A DNA stretch of 63,142 nt, filler included, from Octopus bimaculoides (Eukaryota), in NCBI RefSeq assembly GCF_001194135.2. It is 5 parts of 4 records of this genome, joined end to end, with 100 filler letters (N's around TTAATTAATTAA, not from the genome) between each part and the next. Parts side by side here need not be neighbours in the genome. Positions count along the whole stretch, not along the records: positions 19,666 to 47,464 come from NC_068986.1; positions 47,565 to 60,652 come from NC_069006.1; 3 more parts are not named here. One strand, written 5' to 3'. The position numbers and the translations under genes are program-made. Under the pieces are notes generated by a model. The model was not told the DNA's origin. It was given only the letters and a program-made list of their open reading frames with translations, and made no database searches. Below, piece by piece: positions 40,071 through 52,843 of the stretch; position 1 is the stretch's first letter; every line of letters starts with the position of its first letter.

Positions 40071-43000
40071 GAACTCATTGATAACTTGTTCTTGTTCCTA
40101 GCTCTGTGATAAGACAATAGAGTAATGAGATTCTGTCACTGATGAGGATGCAAATGGTAATGAAAGAACTCTGACAGTCATATTAATTGATAGATTGATC
40201 ATATCCATCCTTGCATACATCTGACTTCCATCTCTCTCTCTCTCTCACTAGGCATCCCCCTCTCTGACTCCCACACTTCACATCATCTTATTTTTCATCT
40301 ACCTACAGTTTTATTATCCTATTCCTGACCACTCCCTTTTTGTATCACCACTTATCATCTCCTCCCACCTGCACCCCACTCCTATTTCTTTCATTAATAT
40401 TCATTCTCCTCTATCTCCATCTTTAACTCTCTGCCATTTTCCTTTTACACTCTTATAAACTTACCTGCTCTTTGCAATCCTCTGTCCCTCATCTCTCTTA
40501 TATTCAGCCTCTTGTACTTTGAGGCTACTCTCTGACAGCTCAATACCACCATCTCTTTTCTCTCTTCCCATCTCAGGTAGCCATATATCTCCTGTAGAGT
40601 ACGGCACCTGTTCCTGTGCTTCTGTCATATTTTAGCCTCTCAATACCTGGCATAAATCCATTTTCCTCTCTTCTCTACCATCACTCAGCAAGGAGTCTTG
40701 TCTTGCAAGTTACCTGATATCTTCACTAATGCTGGTGCCATGAAAATGCACCCTGTAGACACTGTAAATTGGTTGGTGTTAGGAGGGGTATCCAGCTGTA
40801 GAAACCAGTCCAAAGCAGGAATTAGAGTTCAGCACAGTCCTTCAGCTCATTGGATCCTGTTGAATTGTCCAGTCCAAGTCAGTAGGGAAAACATGTTAAA
40901 TTGTGGCAGTAATTATTGTCACACAAGCATTATGATGTTCTATATCCAAATACCAATACAAAATTTGATCTTACTCAGAATTATACAATCTGGTTCTGAA
41001 TTTACCAAATGTGAATTATTTTCAAGACTTGTTCCATCAATCTAACAAGTCTGTAACTACCTCTCTTCATTTTTTTCTTTGCCTTTGTAGCAATTTAGGT
41101 TTAGAATGAGGACATTTGAACTCCTTTGCCTTCTTTATTCCTTTACTAACCACATATGACTTAACCACCTGGGATATTAGCTCACATTCGGTTCTTCTTT
41201 GGATAAGGATTTGCTCCTTTATTCATAGTCTTTAAGGAAAAAAATTGCAAAAGTACATATGTTCTCTATTTTTACTGTCACCAAGGGAAAGTGCACCAGC
41301 TTCGTGGACACTCGGATACACTTCATTCCAGTGACATCTTAAATCTTAAGTTTCTGTAAGACATAGTTCCATATAAGACTATATCAGTCAGCTAATCCTG
41401 GAAGGCGTGGTATCAAAATAATCATATTAACTTTGTTTACATTCATTTTGAAAGAAGTAAGGAACTCTTTACTGTAAAGGAGGAAACTCAAATCCTTTCT
41501 TTTATCATAAATAGGATCATTTCAGGAATGGGCTTCTGACTCAGAAATTCTCAACACATGGAATTGGTCAGTGTCTTGCAAGAGGTCATGGTTTGACGAC
41601 ACCATGTCTGAATTCTATATTGTAGTTTTATATTTTTCATCATCACCATCATCATTTAATGATGGTTTGTCGTTCGTTTCCAGTCTTTCTTGAAAAAAAT
41701 ATATTTGGATAAGGGGAAATGTTACCTTGCTTGGAAACAGGTAAGAGTTGGTGACAGGAAGGGCATCCAGTCATTGAAAATTGACTTCACTGAATTGTGT
41801 CTAACCCATGCAGATTGGGAAAAGTGGACATTAAATAATGATGATGATGTTAATAACAACAATGACTGATGATAATGCTGATGATGATGATGATGATGAT
41901 TGGGGTGAATCACCATCTTGAGCTATTGAACAACAATCTACTTGAAACACGAACATAATGCAATCCCTGCAGGCGCTTCCCATCTCCACACCACACAACA
42001 CAACACTTCTTAATCTAGACTTCTCTAAGAAACAATACGCTATCTCTCTTAAGCATCAATATTTTTCTCTGCTCATTAAGATGTTTTTAAAAACCACTGC
42101 ATCACCACCACTACCGCCAACACCACCACCACTACATCTTCACTACCGTCCCTACCTTCATCACCCCAACATCACCACCACCACAACCACATCGCCTTCA
42201 AGACCACCACCACCACTACTACTACCACTATCAGTTCCAAACTCTAACCCTAATCCTACTCCCAAAGAGGGAACCTCAAATGGTCACTCGACTTGTTAGA
42301 AATAACAGCCAAATCACTCTCAACTTAACCCTCGGCCATATTGAATGAGAAAAGGATACATTTAGATAATGTAGCCCTCACAAAGGACTTCTGTAGCCCA
42401 TAAAACGTGGGACAGTCACGGTTATAAACACCACTGCTCAAAAGAAGTATGCCTACCACCGCCCTCGCCACCACAATCTCTGCCATTACTCTTGTAGCTA
42501 TCGTCCCCGCCACCACTCTAACAGTAACAGTAACAATAACAACAACAACAACCAACAAACGTCATCATCATCGTCGTCGTCACTAACAACAACTTCAACC
42601 TTGATTATAACATCCCACTACCACGATATCACTGTCACCACCCCACTACAACCAACACATTTGACACGCACGTATATCTCACCCCACCATGCCTTGCTAT
42701 CACACCACCACCGCCACCACCATCATCATCACCATCAGAAACAACATCAGCATACAGCCTCCATCATCATCATCATCATTATCAACAATCACAAGCAAGA
42801 GACTTAAACCATTGTACATGACGGTGGTAGCGGCGTCAAGTAGAGGGGAGAACGATAGATCATTTTTGAGGGTCCACCACCATTTCTATCATCTTATCCG
42901 CGTCTCCATCACCACCACCACCATCATCATCAGAAACGCCACCATATGAAGCTCCACCACCCATCATCATCATCAACCACAGCAAGAGACTGTACACATG

Positions 43001-43282
43001 GCGGTGGGGCTGGCGTCACGCGGGGTGGGGGTAGAAATGATGGATGAGTTTGAGGGGTCCAGTTACAATGATTCATAAAACTCCTCAAACAGACCCCACC
43101 GATCGGCTGCTGCTGCACCAAAGGACTTTTACCAGAGAGAGAAAACTTAATTTGCTTATTTTCCTGTGGATATTGAGAAGATTTTTATTCTTTGCATGGA
43201 CTATTAACCTCATATTTCCATAGCAACAATCTTACAGACCTTAACGTAGCCTGCTTCAAATTTACAGTATGCGCGTGTGTAA

Positions 43283-43315
<33 letters not shown>

Positions 43316-43489
43316 GTGTGTGTGTGAGCGTGTGTGAGTGCACGTGAGCATGTGTGAGCACGCGTGTGTATGTTTTAACGTGAATGCGTCTGTTTACCTG
43401 ACTGTGTTTTTATGTTGTGAGATATACGCATATGAGTCAGTGTGTGTGTCTGTGTGTAAGTCTTTGTGTTTGGTTGTGCGTGTATAATT

Positions 43490-43780
43490 GATTGTGTGTG
43501 TGTATGTATTTGTGTGAGAGAGAGAGTGTGTATTTGTGTGAGAAAGTATGTATGTACTTGTGTGAGAGAGAGTGTGTATGTATTTGTGTGAGAGAGAGTG
43601 TGTGTATTTGTGTGAGAAAGTATGTATGTACTTGTGTGAGAGAGAGTGTGTATATATTTGTGTGAGAGAGTGTGTATTTGTGCGAGAAAGAGTGTGTATG
43701 TATTTGTGTGAGAGAGTGTTTATGTATTTGTGTGAGAGGGAGTATGTGAGTGTATTTGTGTGAGAGAGAGAGTGTGTGTA
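43490..43780 (+). repeat. About 24-26 bp minisatellite TGTATGTATTTGTGTGAGAGAGAG
   Basis: Roughly 11 degenerate tandem copies. Confidence 0.85.
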
Positions 43781-45999
43781 TGTGCTTCTGGTTAAATTTG
43801 TTTGTGTGACTGTGTGTGTGAATTTGTTAATGTCCTGTCCAAGTCTGCCTGTCTTTTTCCTCTTTAGATGTCGCTGTGTGAATGCAACTGTGTACGTGTG
43901 TTGGTGCGTCCATGTTTGTCAGGTTACAACAGTGAATGTGTGTGTGTGTGTGTGTAGTGTTTATATGATCTGTATGTGTGTGTGAGAGAGAGAGAGAGAG
44001 AGCTTGCGCGCGCGTGTGTATATGTGTGTGTGTGTGGTACGTGACTTTGAAAGGTATGTAGGCATAAAGAGGATATGTGATTCTATGTCTGTGTGTGAGT
44101 GCATGCATGTGCGAAGCTAGCTAGCTAGATAGATAAGATAGATAGATAGAGATAGAGAGTTAGATAGATATAGAGAGACAGAAAAGAGGTAGAGAGATAG
44201 AAGTAGATAGATAGAGGGGCAAATACAGAGATGGTAGATTGATAGATAGATAGAGAGGTAACTAGAGAGATGGTAGATAGATATAGATAGGGAGAGAGAA
44301 AGCGGTAGAGAGGTAGATAGATAGAAAGAGAGGTAAATTGAGAGATGGTAGATAGACAGATAGATAGAAAGGAAGAGATAGATATAGAGAGAGAAATGGA
44401 TAGAGGTAACTAGAGAGATGATAGATAGATATAGATAGGGAGAGAGAAAGCGGTAGAGGTAGATAGATAGATAGATAGATAGAGCTATATTCAGGTTTGG
44501 TGGAACAAATAAGATATATGTACATATTAATCAGCAGAAAGTTATAAATGTGACTCAAGAGCCGAGAGCTTCGTGTATGACTTTCACATGCGCGTGTGTG
44601 TGTGTGTATGAGTAATGCATAATGTTCTAGTTTATGTGGCGTGTCAATGTTCTTAGTGCATGTGTAGTAGAAGTTTAGATTGAATTAACAAAATGATAAA
44701 AATAATAATAATGTGAGCTAGTGCGGGTATATAGGTGTACAATAAGGGCGTTGTATGTGTGTGTGCGCGCGCGTGTGAATATATATGTGTGCGTGTGAAT
44801 ATATATGTGTGCGTGTTAGTGGTATAATATAATAAAAATGTATGTATCTATTTATGTATGTATGTATGAATGTATCTGCTTATGTATGATTTTCGTTGTG
44901 ATTGACAGCCTGTGTTGAAAAGAAAGAATGTGTATCTTGAATGAATATATATNNNNNNNNNNNNNNNNNNNNNNNNNNNNNNNNNNNNNNNNNNNNNNNN
45001 NNNNNNNNNNNNNNNNNNNNNNNNNNNNNNNNNNNNNNNNNNNATATATATATGTATATATATATATATACATACACACACACATACAAACACATACACA
45101 CACACATACACACACATACACACACACATACACGTGTGTGTGTGTAAATGTCAGAATATCTGAGAGGAATTTTATCAGGGGGTACAGGAAGTTTCTTTCG
45201 TGGTGGTGGGGCCCCCTCCCTTCTGTGAACTATATAGTCGTCAATAATCACAAACATTTTTTGAGGTTTCAGGAAATTCCTGGGCCCTCGGGTACAATGT
45301 GGCCCTGTACTCCTCTTCTTTTCGTAGGCCCTGGTATATGTATATCTAATTGTATGCATACACATACAAAAAAATATGGGTAGAGAAAGACTCCAAAATC
45401 AGTCCAAATAAGAACAAAAGTAAAATATAAGAATAAAATGTTTAAAAAAATACTTGATTGGACTCCTCCCTTCCGGATGTGAATTTCTCAAGAAACTTTC
45501 AGCACCTGACATTACCACATTTAATCAGGTAATGTATTTCAACTTCTTTAACAAAGAACTAAAATAGAAAAAAAGAAGAAAAAAAATGTGTAGACCTGGG
45601 TTTGGCTATGTGATCAGTATTGACCTCTAGGGTATCTATGGAGCTACGCTAGAGGTCAATAACCACCTGAAATAATTTTGTGGGCAGAATTATTAGTGAA
45701 CAGAATCTGGAAGTACATTGGTAATTTAAGGTTTAAAACTCACTAATTTCCAGCCAGAAACTGACACAATAACTACTGTTCATCAAACTCATATATCACA
45801 TTAAATATTCTGACTCCGAGATCTGACTAAAAAGTATTAAGATTGTTGCTATGGTAACGGAGCTAAAGTATGCAGAGTGAATCCACTTGGCACAGAAAGA
45901 CCTTGAACTCCGTTGCACATGCATAACAAGTTATAATGCTCTCACTCATTTCTGTTGCTTATAGCAGTACTTCAAAGTGAAGTGTGTAGAGTGTGGTCG

Positions 46000-46378
46000 T
46001 CTCAAAAAGAAGATAGGGATTCAGCTGTGCAGGATCTTTTCGGGTGTGTCGGGGGAAGAAAGAAACTTTTTGAAAATGGTTGTAACAGGTGACAAATTTT
46101 AGATCTATGGCTACGAGCTCAAATCCAAGGTTCAGTCTTTGCAGTGGAAGATCCCCAACCAGATTTGAAGATATCGAGGAAATGTAAAAGAATGCCTCAA
46201 GGTAGTTGCTTGCTATCTCAAGAAAGGAGTTCCAGGAATGCTCAGTGGAAACGGTGCTGGATAAAATGTTTGGTTTCAGAAGGGGACAACTTCGAAGGAG
46301 ATTAAATGCCAAATTAATACGTGATGTAGTTTCCTTTTTATGGCACCAGTTTCCCCGACACTTTTTGATTAGATCTCT
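46000..46378 (+). mobile_element. Internally deleted mariner transposase remnant with putative 3' TIR
   Basis: FLKMVVTGDKF*IYGYELKSKVQSLQWKIP (first catalytic D, TGD motif) is fused directly to RFEDIEEM*KN...FQEC..WKRCWIKCLVSEGDNFEGD*, the classic mariner C-terminus. Confidence 0.82.
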
Positions 46379-46496
46379 TCATCATCATCATTATTGTCAT
46401 TTAATGTCCGCTTTCTATGCTGTGATCTTTTTCCAACAGCTACTTTGAACTGGTTTCAGGATGGAAAAAATGGATGTTAAATGATGACGATGATGA

Positions 46497-46533
<37 letters not shown>

Positions 46534-47086
46534 AAGTAAGAGAGCAGCATATGCCATGAAAGTGACACTGGGGTACAAATGTACAAAGCCCAATATACCC
46601 ATCATGACTACGTGTTTGATAAGGGTACACCAGGCACATGCATCACAACCATATGTGCGTGACATGGTGATCTCATATCAAGGTAAACAGTGCATGACCT
46701 TGCAGGTGGGGTCCAGTTAGAATTTTCTTCAGGTTGAGTATCTCATTCTACTCCAAAGGTTTCTGAAGAAGGTTTGTTTTAAGGATGAACAAAACATTCA
46801 TGTTTCCAGAGGTGAATAATTCAAACCCCAAAGAATTCCTCTCAACACATGGCTATGATGCTCCCCCACTACCTCTGCTTGTGGTCAGAGATGCACATAT
46901 CGTCAGCCACTGAGGAACATACTCAACTGCTTAAGATCAAACGACTGACAAGCAAATCTGTGGTATTGAGCAGAATATTTGCTGCAGTCCATCTTTTATA
47001 CCAAGACAAAGCAATGTACATGATAACACTTCCAATAAGTTAAGCTCAAAAGCCATGAGAGCCACTATCTGGTTCTGCATCAGGGC
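46534..47086 (+). mobile_element. Family X repeat (second copy)
   Basis: Inverted copy of 20808-21355; flanked by (GTT)n and (ATT)n. Confidence 0.8.
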
Positions 47087-47123
<37 letters not shown>

Positions 47124-47464
47124 GTGGAAGACAATTGGAGATTTCTGCGGGACAACCTGTTGAAAGCCACCGACCAGATCTGTGGCTGGTGTAAGGTCCC
47201 CTCTCGACCCAGAGTAACGTGGTGGTGGAACAAAGAGGTAGACAGGGCTATTAGACAAAGGAAACAGGCTTGGAAGGACTGGAAGAACGGTGGTAGCAGG
47301 GAATTGTACCAATGTGCCAGAAGGGAGGCTAGGCGACAGGTTTATTTAGCCAGAGGGGAAGCAGATAAGAAAAGATTTGCCAATGTTTTGCGCCGTGAGG
47401 ACCAAAGACTCGAGGTATTTCGTGTTGCAAGACAGTGTAGGAGAGAGAATAGTGATGTTGTAGG
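47124..47464 (+). mobile_element. RTE-clade LINE ORF2 fragment, open up to the gap
   Basis: VEDNWRFLRDNLLKATDQICGWCKVPSRPRVTWWWNKEVDRAIRQRKQAWKDWKNGGSRELYQCARREARRQVYLARGEADKKRFANVLRREDQRLEVFRVARQCRRENSDVV. Confidence 0.87.
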
Positions 47465-47967
47465 NNNNNNNNNNNNNNNNNNNNNNNNNNNNNNNNNNNN
47501 NNNNNNNNTTAATTAATTAANNNNNNNNNNNNNNNNNNNNNNNNNNNNNNNNNNNNNNNNNNNNGTAGTGGTGGTGGTGGTGGTGATGGAGAAATGGACT
47601 TCAGAAAGCAGGGTGCTGCAAGGAGGTGGTAGGTATGGTGCCATTTGGGGGGGGGGGCATTCTGTCAGTTAGGGGGCACAGGGGTTCAGGGAAAATTGCA
47701 ACAGGGAATGTGTGCGCATGTGGATGTGTGGGATAGTAGCAAATGTGAAAAATACTTAAAAAAAAAAAACAAGAAATTTTTCTTTTAATCTAGAAAATAT
47801 ATAAATTAACTAAAAAAAAAAAAAGCAAAAAAATAATAAATAAATGAATGAATGGCATCACATCCCCCCCACTGCCACACCATGTGGTAAATATAAAGCA
47901 CCAAAAATGAATATGATAAAGACATGTATGGAAGGATATATGTATATGTGTATGTATATATATATAT

Positions 47968-48058
<91 letters not shown>

Positions 48059-48839
48059 GCACACAAAACTTTCAGCTCTGACCTGAATCACTCTGTAGCT
48101 TCTGCTGAATATTAATAATATTATATTTATATGCATATGTATACATATGTGTGTGTGTGTATGTGTGTGTGTGCGTGTGCATAGTTGCTATGGTCAATCT
48201 GTGATGTAACAGTGATTTGTCTTGCATAGGATGAGCGAATATAATAAGCTCTACAGGTAGACGAAAATAGAAAGACCTAAATAAGCAAGATTAGAAGGTA
48301 AACACAAGACAAATAAACAAATAAATAATATACAAAGATGAACAAGTAAAAAAAAAAAGAGGATGGAAAAAGATAGTTTAAAGCCTGCAAACTAAAGACA
48401 CTGTAAAATCACATTCTTTTCTGTTTTAATTTCCTCTTACCACTCTTAGTTCTTTTACTTCTCTAATCCTGAAAGGATGAATCTGAAAGAAAAGTTCTCA
48501 CTTCTGTTCCTATCATTGGTGCATCTATTTTCATTGTACACATTCTTCAATTGTTGTAATTTCATTTCAGATTTTGATGGGGTTTTTTCCATCATATGTA
48601 TTACTTGTCTGACTTCATCATATATTATTTATTTGTCTCTTCTTCCTTCTGATCTCATAACCTTCCTCATTTATTTGTTATTTCATATATATATATACAC
48701 ACACACACACACATTTATATAAATATATACACAAATATTTTTATGTATACACACACACATATATATATACATGCACACACATTTATATAAATATATACAA
48801 AAATATTTTTATGTACATGCATAAATATGCATACATACA

Positions 48840-48879
<40 letters not shown>

Positions 48880-49582
48880 CATATATATATATATATATAA
48901 AAAAATATATATATTTATTTATATATATATATGTATACATATATATGTATGTGTTTATTTATATTTGTATGTATATATGAAGATGTGTGTGTGTGCATAT
49001 GTGTGCACATGTATATATACATACATGTATGTGTGTGTGTGTGTGTGTGTGTATATATTTGTATATATATATATATTTGTATATATAGAATGGTGTGGAT
49101 GAAAGGAGTGAAATAAATCTGGTGAAAGCTGCAATGAAAGGGTGACTGAATTGTAAGATTAAAATCAGATTAAAAACAAAAAAACAAAAACCACTCAAAC
49201 ACAAAAGCAGAGGATGATGTGAGGGTGGTAGTGTGAGGTGTAGATTGACAGCGAGCTTCACTGTGCACTCAGCCAGCCAGCCGGCCAGCTGGCCAACCAC
49301 CACATGTCATACAGGTAATTAGAAAAAAAAAAAAACCAACAAAAAACACTTAATTAGAGGCAGCGTGGTGGTGGACAGGGATAGGGAGGGAGCAAAGAAA
49401 GACAGGGGTCAAAGGTGGGAAGAAGGGGTTTGGAAAAAAGAAAGAAAGAAAGAAAAGAACAGAGAAAGAGAGAGTGACAGACAGACATAAAACCAGAGAA
49501 AGCAAAAGGGATTGATTTGTGGAAGGAAGAAAAGGGTGGGGGAGGATTGATTGCGTGAGGTTGGGATGGGCCAGGATGGAGA

Positions 49583-49806
49583 TCAATACAGAATGATCTT
49601 CTTCTGAATTGGTTTGCGGCACATGTGACACTGCTTCAACACTTCCCCGCACTCTTTGCAAGTGGTGTGGCCACACACGAATGCCATGTTGCGACGACGC
49701 TCCATACAGATTGAACATGTGATCTGTTCTTCCAGTTCTTGAATCTGTTGGTGTTTTGAATCCAGTGAGCTTGGTGATGAATGGAGAATATTGAACTGGG
49801 AGCCAT
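49583..49806 (-). CDS. MIB2: MIB2 terminal coding exon (short coiled coil + RING finger 2, stop TGA at 49583-49585)
   Basis: Acceptor ctcttattgcag|AT completes a GAT codon. Translates DGSQFNILHSSPSSLDSKHQQIQELEEQITCSICMERRRNMAFVCGHTTCKECGEVLKQCHMCRKPIQKKIILY*. Two RINGs directly after the ankyrins and a CSICMER...CHMCRK...LY end fit MIB2 rather than three-RING MIB1. Confidence 0.93.
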
Positions 49807-49878
49807 CTGCAATAAGAGAGAAAATCATAAACATAGGTACACACATTTATTTATACACACATACATACATATATATAG

Positions 49879-51725
49879 ATCTAGATTGCTGCTTGACAAA
49901 ACTATTGAATTTGCTAAATCATATGCTGATATTGACCCTAGAGACCTAGATTTTATCAGGCATGCAAGGAATACAATATTGTTCAGTAAAAGATTAGCAA
50001 GGGTAAAAAAGTCACTTAGTAAAAAAACTATTTGATGTGGGTCATATGATAGTGCTGACATCTGTGATTTTGTGAGTTTATTTATATTAAACATTGAGAT
50101 ACAAAGACCCATCTTATGATGGTCTATACCAGTGGTTCCCAAACTTTTTGGAGAAGCGACCCACTATTTATGACACCAGTTTATGACGACCCACTTAACT
50201 CTACTGGGTCAAAACATTAATGAAAGAAACAAATTTATTTCAGATTACATTTTCATTGAGGCCTGTGAGAGGGCCTCATTTATATTAAATGTGAAACAAA
50301 ACGTTTTATAACTGTTTCAACGTCTCCATACCCTATGGGCAGGTATTAACTCTAATACAAAACCTCGAAGCAGTAACTGTTATTGGCTCGATCAGTGTTG
50401 TACTGTGCCTGGTTAAAGTTCTCTATAAATAGGTAAAAACAGACTTTTCCTTTTTACGATTACGTACGAATAAATAACTTGAGAAAATGACCACCTCTGA
50501 TTTGTTAAGTTTGTGAAAAAAGCCTACTGCTTGATAAAACAACCAGTCTGGTATTGAAAACATGACTCTTGAACTATCTTGATAGACAGCAGTTAATCAA
50601 AGTTAATGCGTAATTTTATATCTTTTTGCGACCCACTAGGATACCGTTCACAACCCATCAGTGGGTCGCGACTCATAGTTTGGGAACCACTGGTCTATAC
50701 TGTGACGGTGGTTTCTAACATATTTCTACCTTTAATCAATTTGGACTTAAAATTACAGAAACTACTAATCTCTCAATAGTTGATTATTTAGATGTTTCCC
50801 TAGATCTAAACTCCTCCTCGTAAAAAACTTTCCCTAAGCCTAATGAGAAACTTGCATATATTCAAAAACAGTCTTGTCATCCTCCTGTAATATTTAAAAA
50901 CCTGATTGCTAATATTTGTAACAGAGTGCCTAACTTTTCTTCTAAAGAAATTTTCGAGAAATCTTCCCCCAATTATAACAACGCCATTATTGGCAAGGGC
51001 TTCGAAGAATTACTATATAATCCTTCTAATAATAATCAAAATATTAATAACAGATCTAGTGGCATCAAAGATAATGTCATACGTAACCCCTCTAGTATTA
51101 ACCAGAATAATTATGAGAAGAAACCTAAAAATAAGCCAAGGGAAATTATTTGGTTCGCCCTTCTCTTTTCCTTTAATATAAAAACTAAAATTGGTAAAAG
51201 ATTCCTGTCCTAGACAAACACTTTCCAACCATTCATAGATACAGGAAAATATTTAATAGGTGTTCTGTGAAATTGTCATATAGCTGTTGCCCCAGTATGA
51301 AGAGTATCATTACAAGTGGTCAATACTAAGAGCCTGAATCCAGTTGCAACTGTTGCAACACAGGATCCTGTCCACTTGACCAATGATGTATGATTAAATC
51401 TATGATATATGAGACAGAAGTTACTGCAACCCTAAATAATAATACATCTGATAAGAAGACTTATATTGGTCTATGTGAAGGGGAATTTAAAAACCGTTAT
51501 GCCAATCACAAAGCCTCCTTCCGACATAGGGACAAAAGTAAAGCTACTAAATTTGCTAGCTACGTATGGACCCTCGAAGGTAACAAAACACCACGTGATT
51601 AAATGGAAAGCAATTAAGAAATCCATACCTTATGAGAATGGATTGAATAAATGTAGGCTTTGTTTCACCGAAAGAGCGTAGATCCTGTTCAAATCTAAGA
51701 TCCCTAACTCTCTATTGAACTCTAG
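49879..51725 (+). mobile_element. Penelope-like retroelement remnant (RT C-half + GIY-YIG endonuclease) in the last MIB2 intron, antisense to the gene, interrupted by a hAT MITE
   Basis: DGLY|CDGG (decayed GLYRDDG), VDYLDVSLDL, YIQKQSCHPP, IIWF...IKTKIGKRFL, KLSYSC, IY...TYIGLCEGEFKNRYANHKASF, IKWK...Y...KCRLCFTE. Confidence 0.87.
50130..50692. mobile_element. hAT (Charlie-like) MITE, 563 bp
   Basis: Perfect TIRs CAGTGGTTCCCAAACT / AGTTTGGGAACCACTG and 8-bp TSD GTCTATAC (50122-50129, 50693-50700). Confidence 0.95.
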
Positions 51726-51741
51726 GTCAGAAACTTTTGGT

Positions 51742-52115
51742 GGTTGCCTGACGAGCACCCGTGCCAGTGGCATGTGAGAAGCACCATTCGAGCATGGCTG
51801 ATGCCAGTGCTGCCTGACTGGCTCCCATGCTGGTGGCATGTAAAAAGCACCATTCAGGTGTAACCGATGCCAGTGCCGCCTGATTGGCATCTGTGCCGGT
51901 GGAATGAAAAAAGCACCATTAGAGCATGGTCGATGCCAGTGCCGCCAGACTGGCACCTGTGCTGGTGGCACATAAAAAGAACCCACTACACTCTCGGAGT
52001 GGCTGGCATTAGGAAGGGCATCCAACTGTAGAAACCTTGCAAGATCAGATTGGAGCCTGGTGCAGTCCTCAGTCAAACCATCCAACCAGCATGGAAAGCA
52101 GACTTTAAACAATGA
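51742..52115 (+). mobile_element. Family B RTE-type tail with about 3.5 internal 66-bp units; further copies at about 54090-54340 and 55690-56120
   Basis: Repeated gccagtggcatgtaaaaagcaccatt.gag...gatgccagtgccgcctgactggc units, then the conserved 3' end and (GAT)n. Confidence 0.87.
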
Positions 52116-52843
52116 TGATAATACACACACATATATCCACAGGTGGAACGTTATAACTAATAAATGTTGGTAGTCTCAAAGCAGTTAGTCTTAAAAATTC
52201 TATTAAAGCAGGGGAGATAACCTAATCGCGATTCAATATTTTCTTACGTGAAGGGTATAGGAATAATTGACCAGTCGAAATGTATCTAGCAGTAAAATGT
52301 GCTGTGATGGGTCTAGAAACTTCTAGGTCCTCATACACGATCACATCGCAAAAGGATGTTACTGTATTTTGTAACTCAGAGTCAATAACAACACTACTTA
52401 TCTTGGCTCCTAGTTATAGATGTAGATGTCTCCCTTGAACTTCTTCCTGTTGACTTGGCCCTAGCACCATACATCTGTTATTCTCACCATGTCTGGCTTT
52501 CCTCACTGTTATTCTACTGCTCTTCACTCCTTTCTGTATGGTCAGTCATTACCTACTCTCCCCTACCTACCTTCCAATTCATATTTGTCATTAAACGCTC
52601 TGCACTTTTATTCATCATACAATTCTATATTTCTGAGATAGTGTAGAGACGTTGGTTATGGTGGTGCAGTCACCTAGAGGTTCTAAGTTCAATCTCAGGC
52701 AAGTTACTGAAAAACCATCAACTAAATATCCTGCAAATTAAACTCTACACAGGGTATTGTGTTGTCAGATAGACTGTCGAAATAACTAATGGAACAGTGA
52801 CATTTGGAAATCTATAGCTCACATGTCAGAAATACCTCATGGC

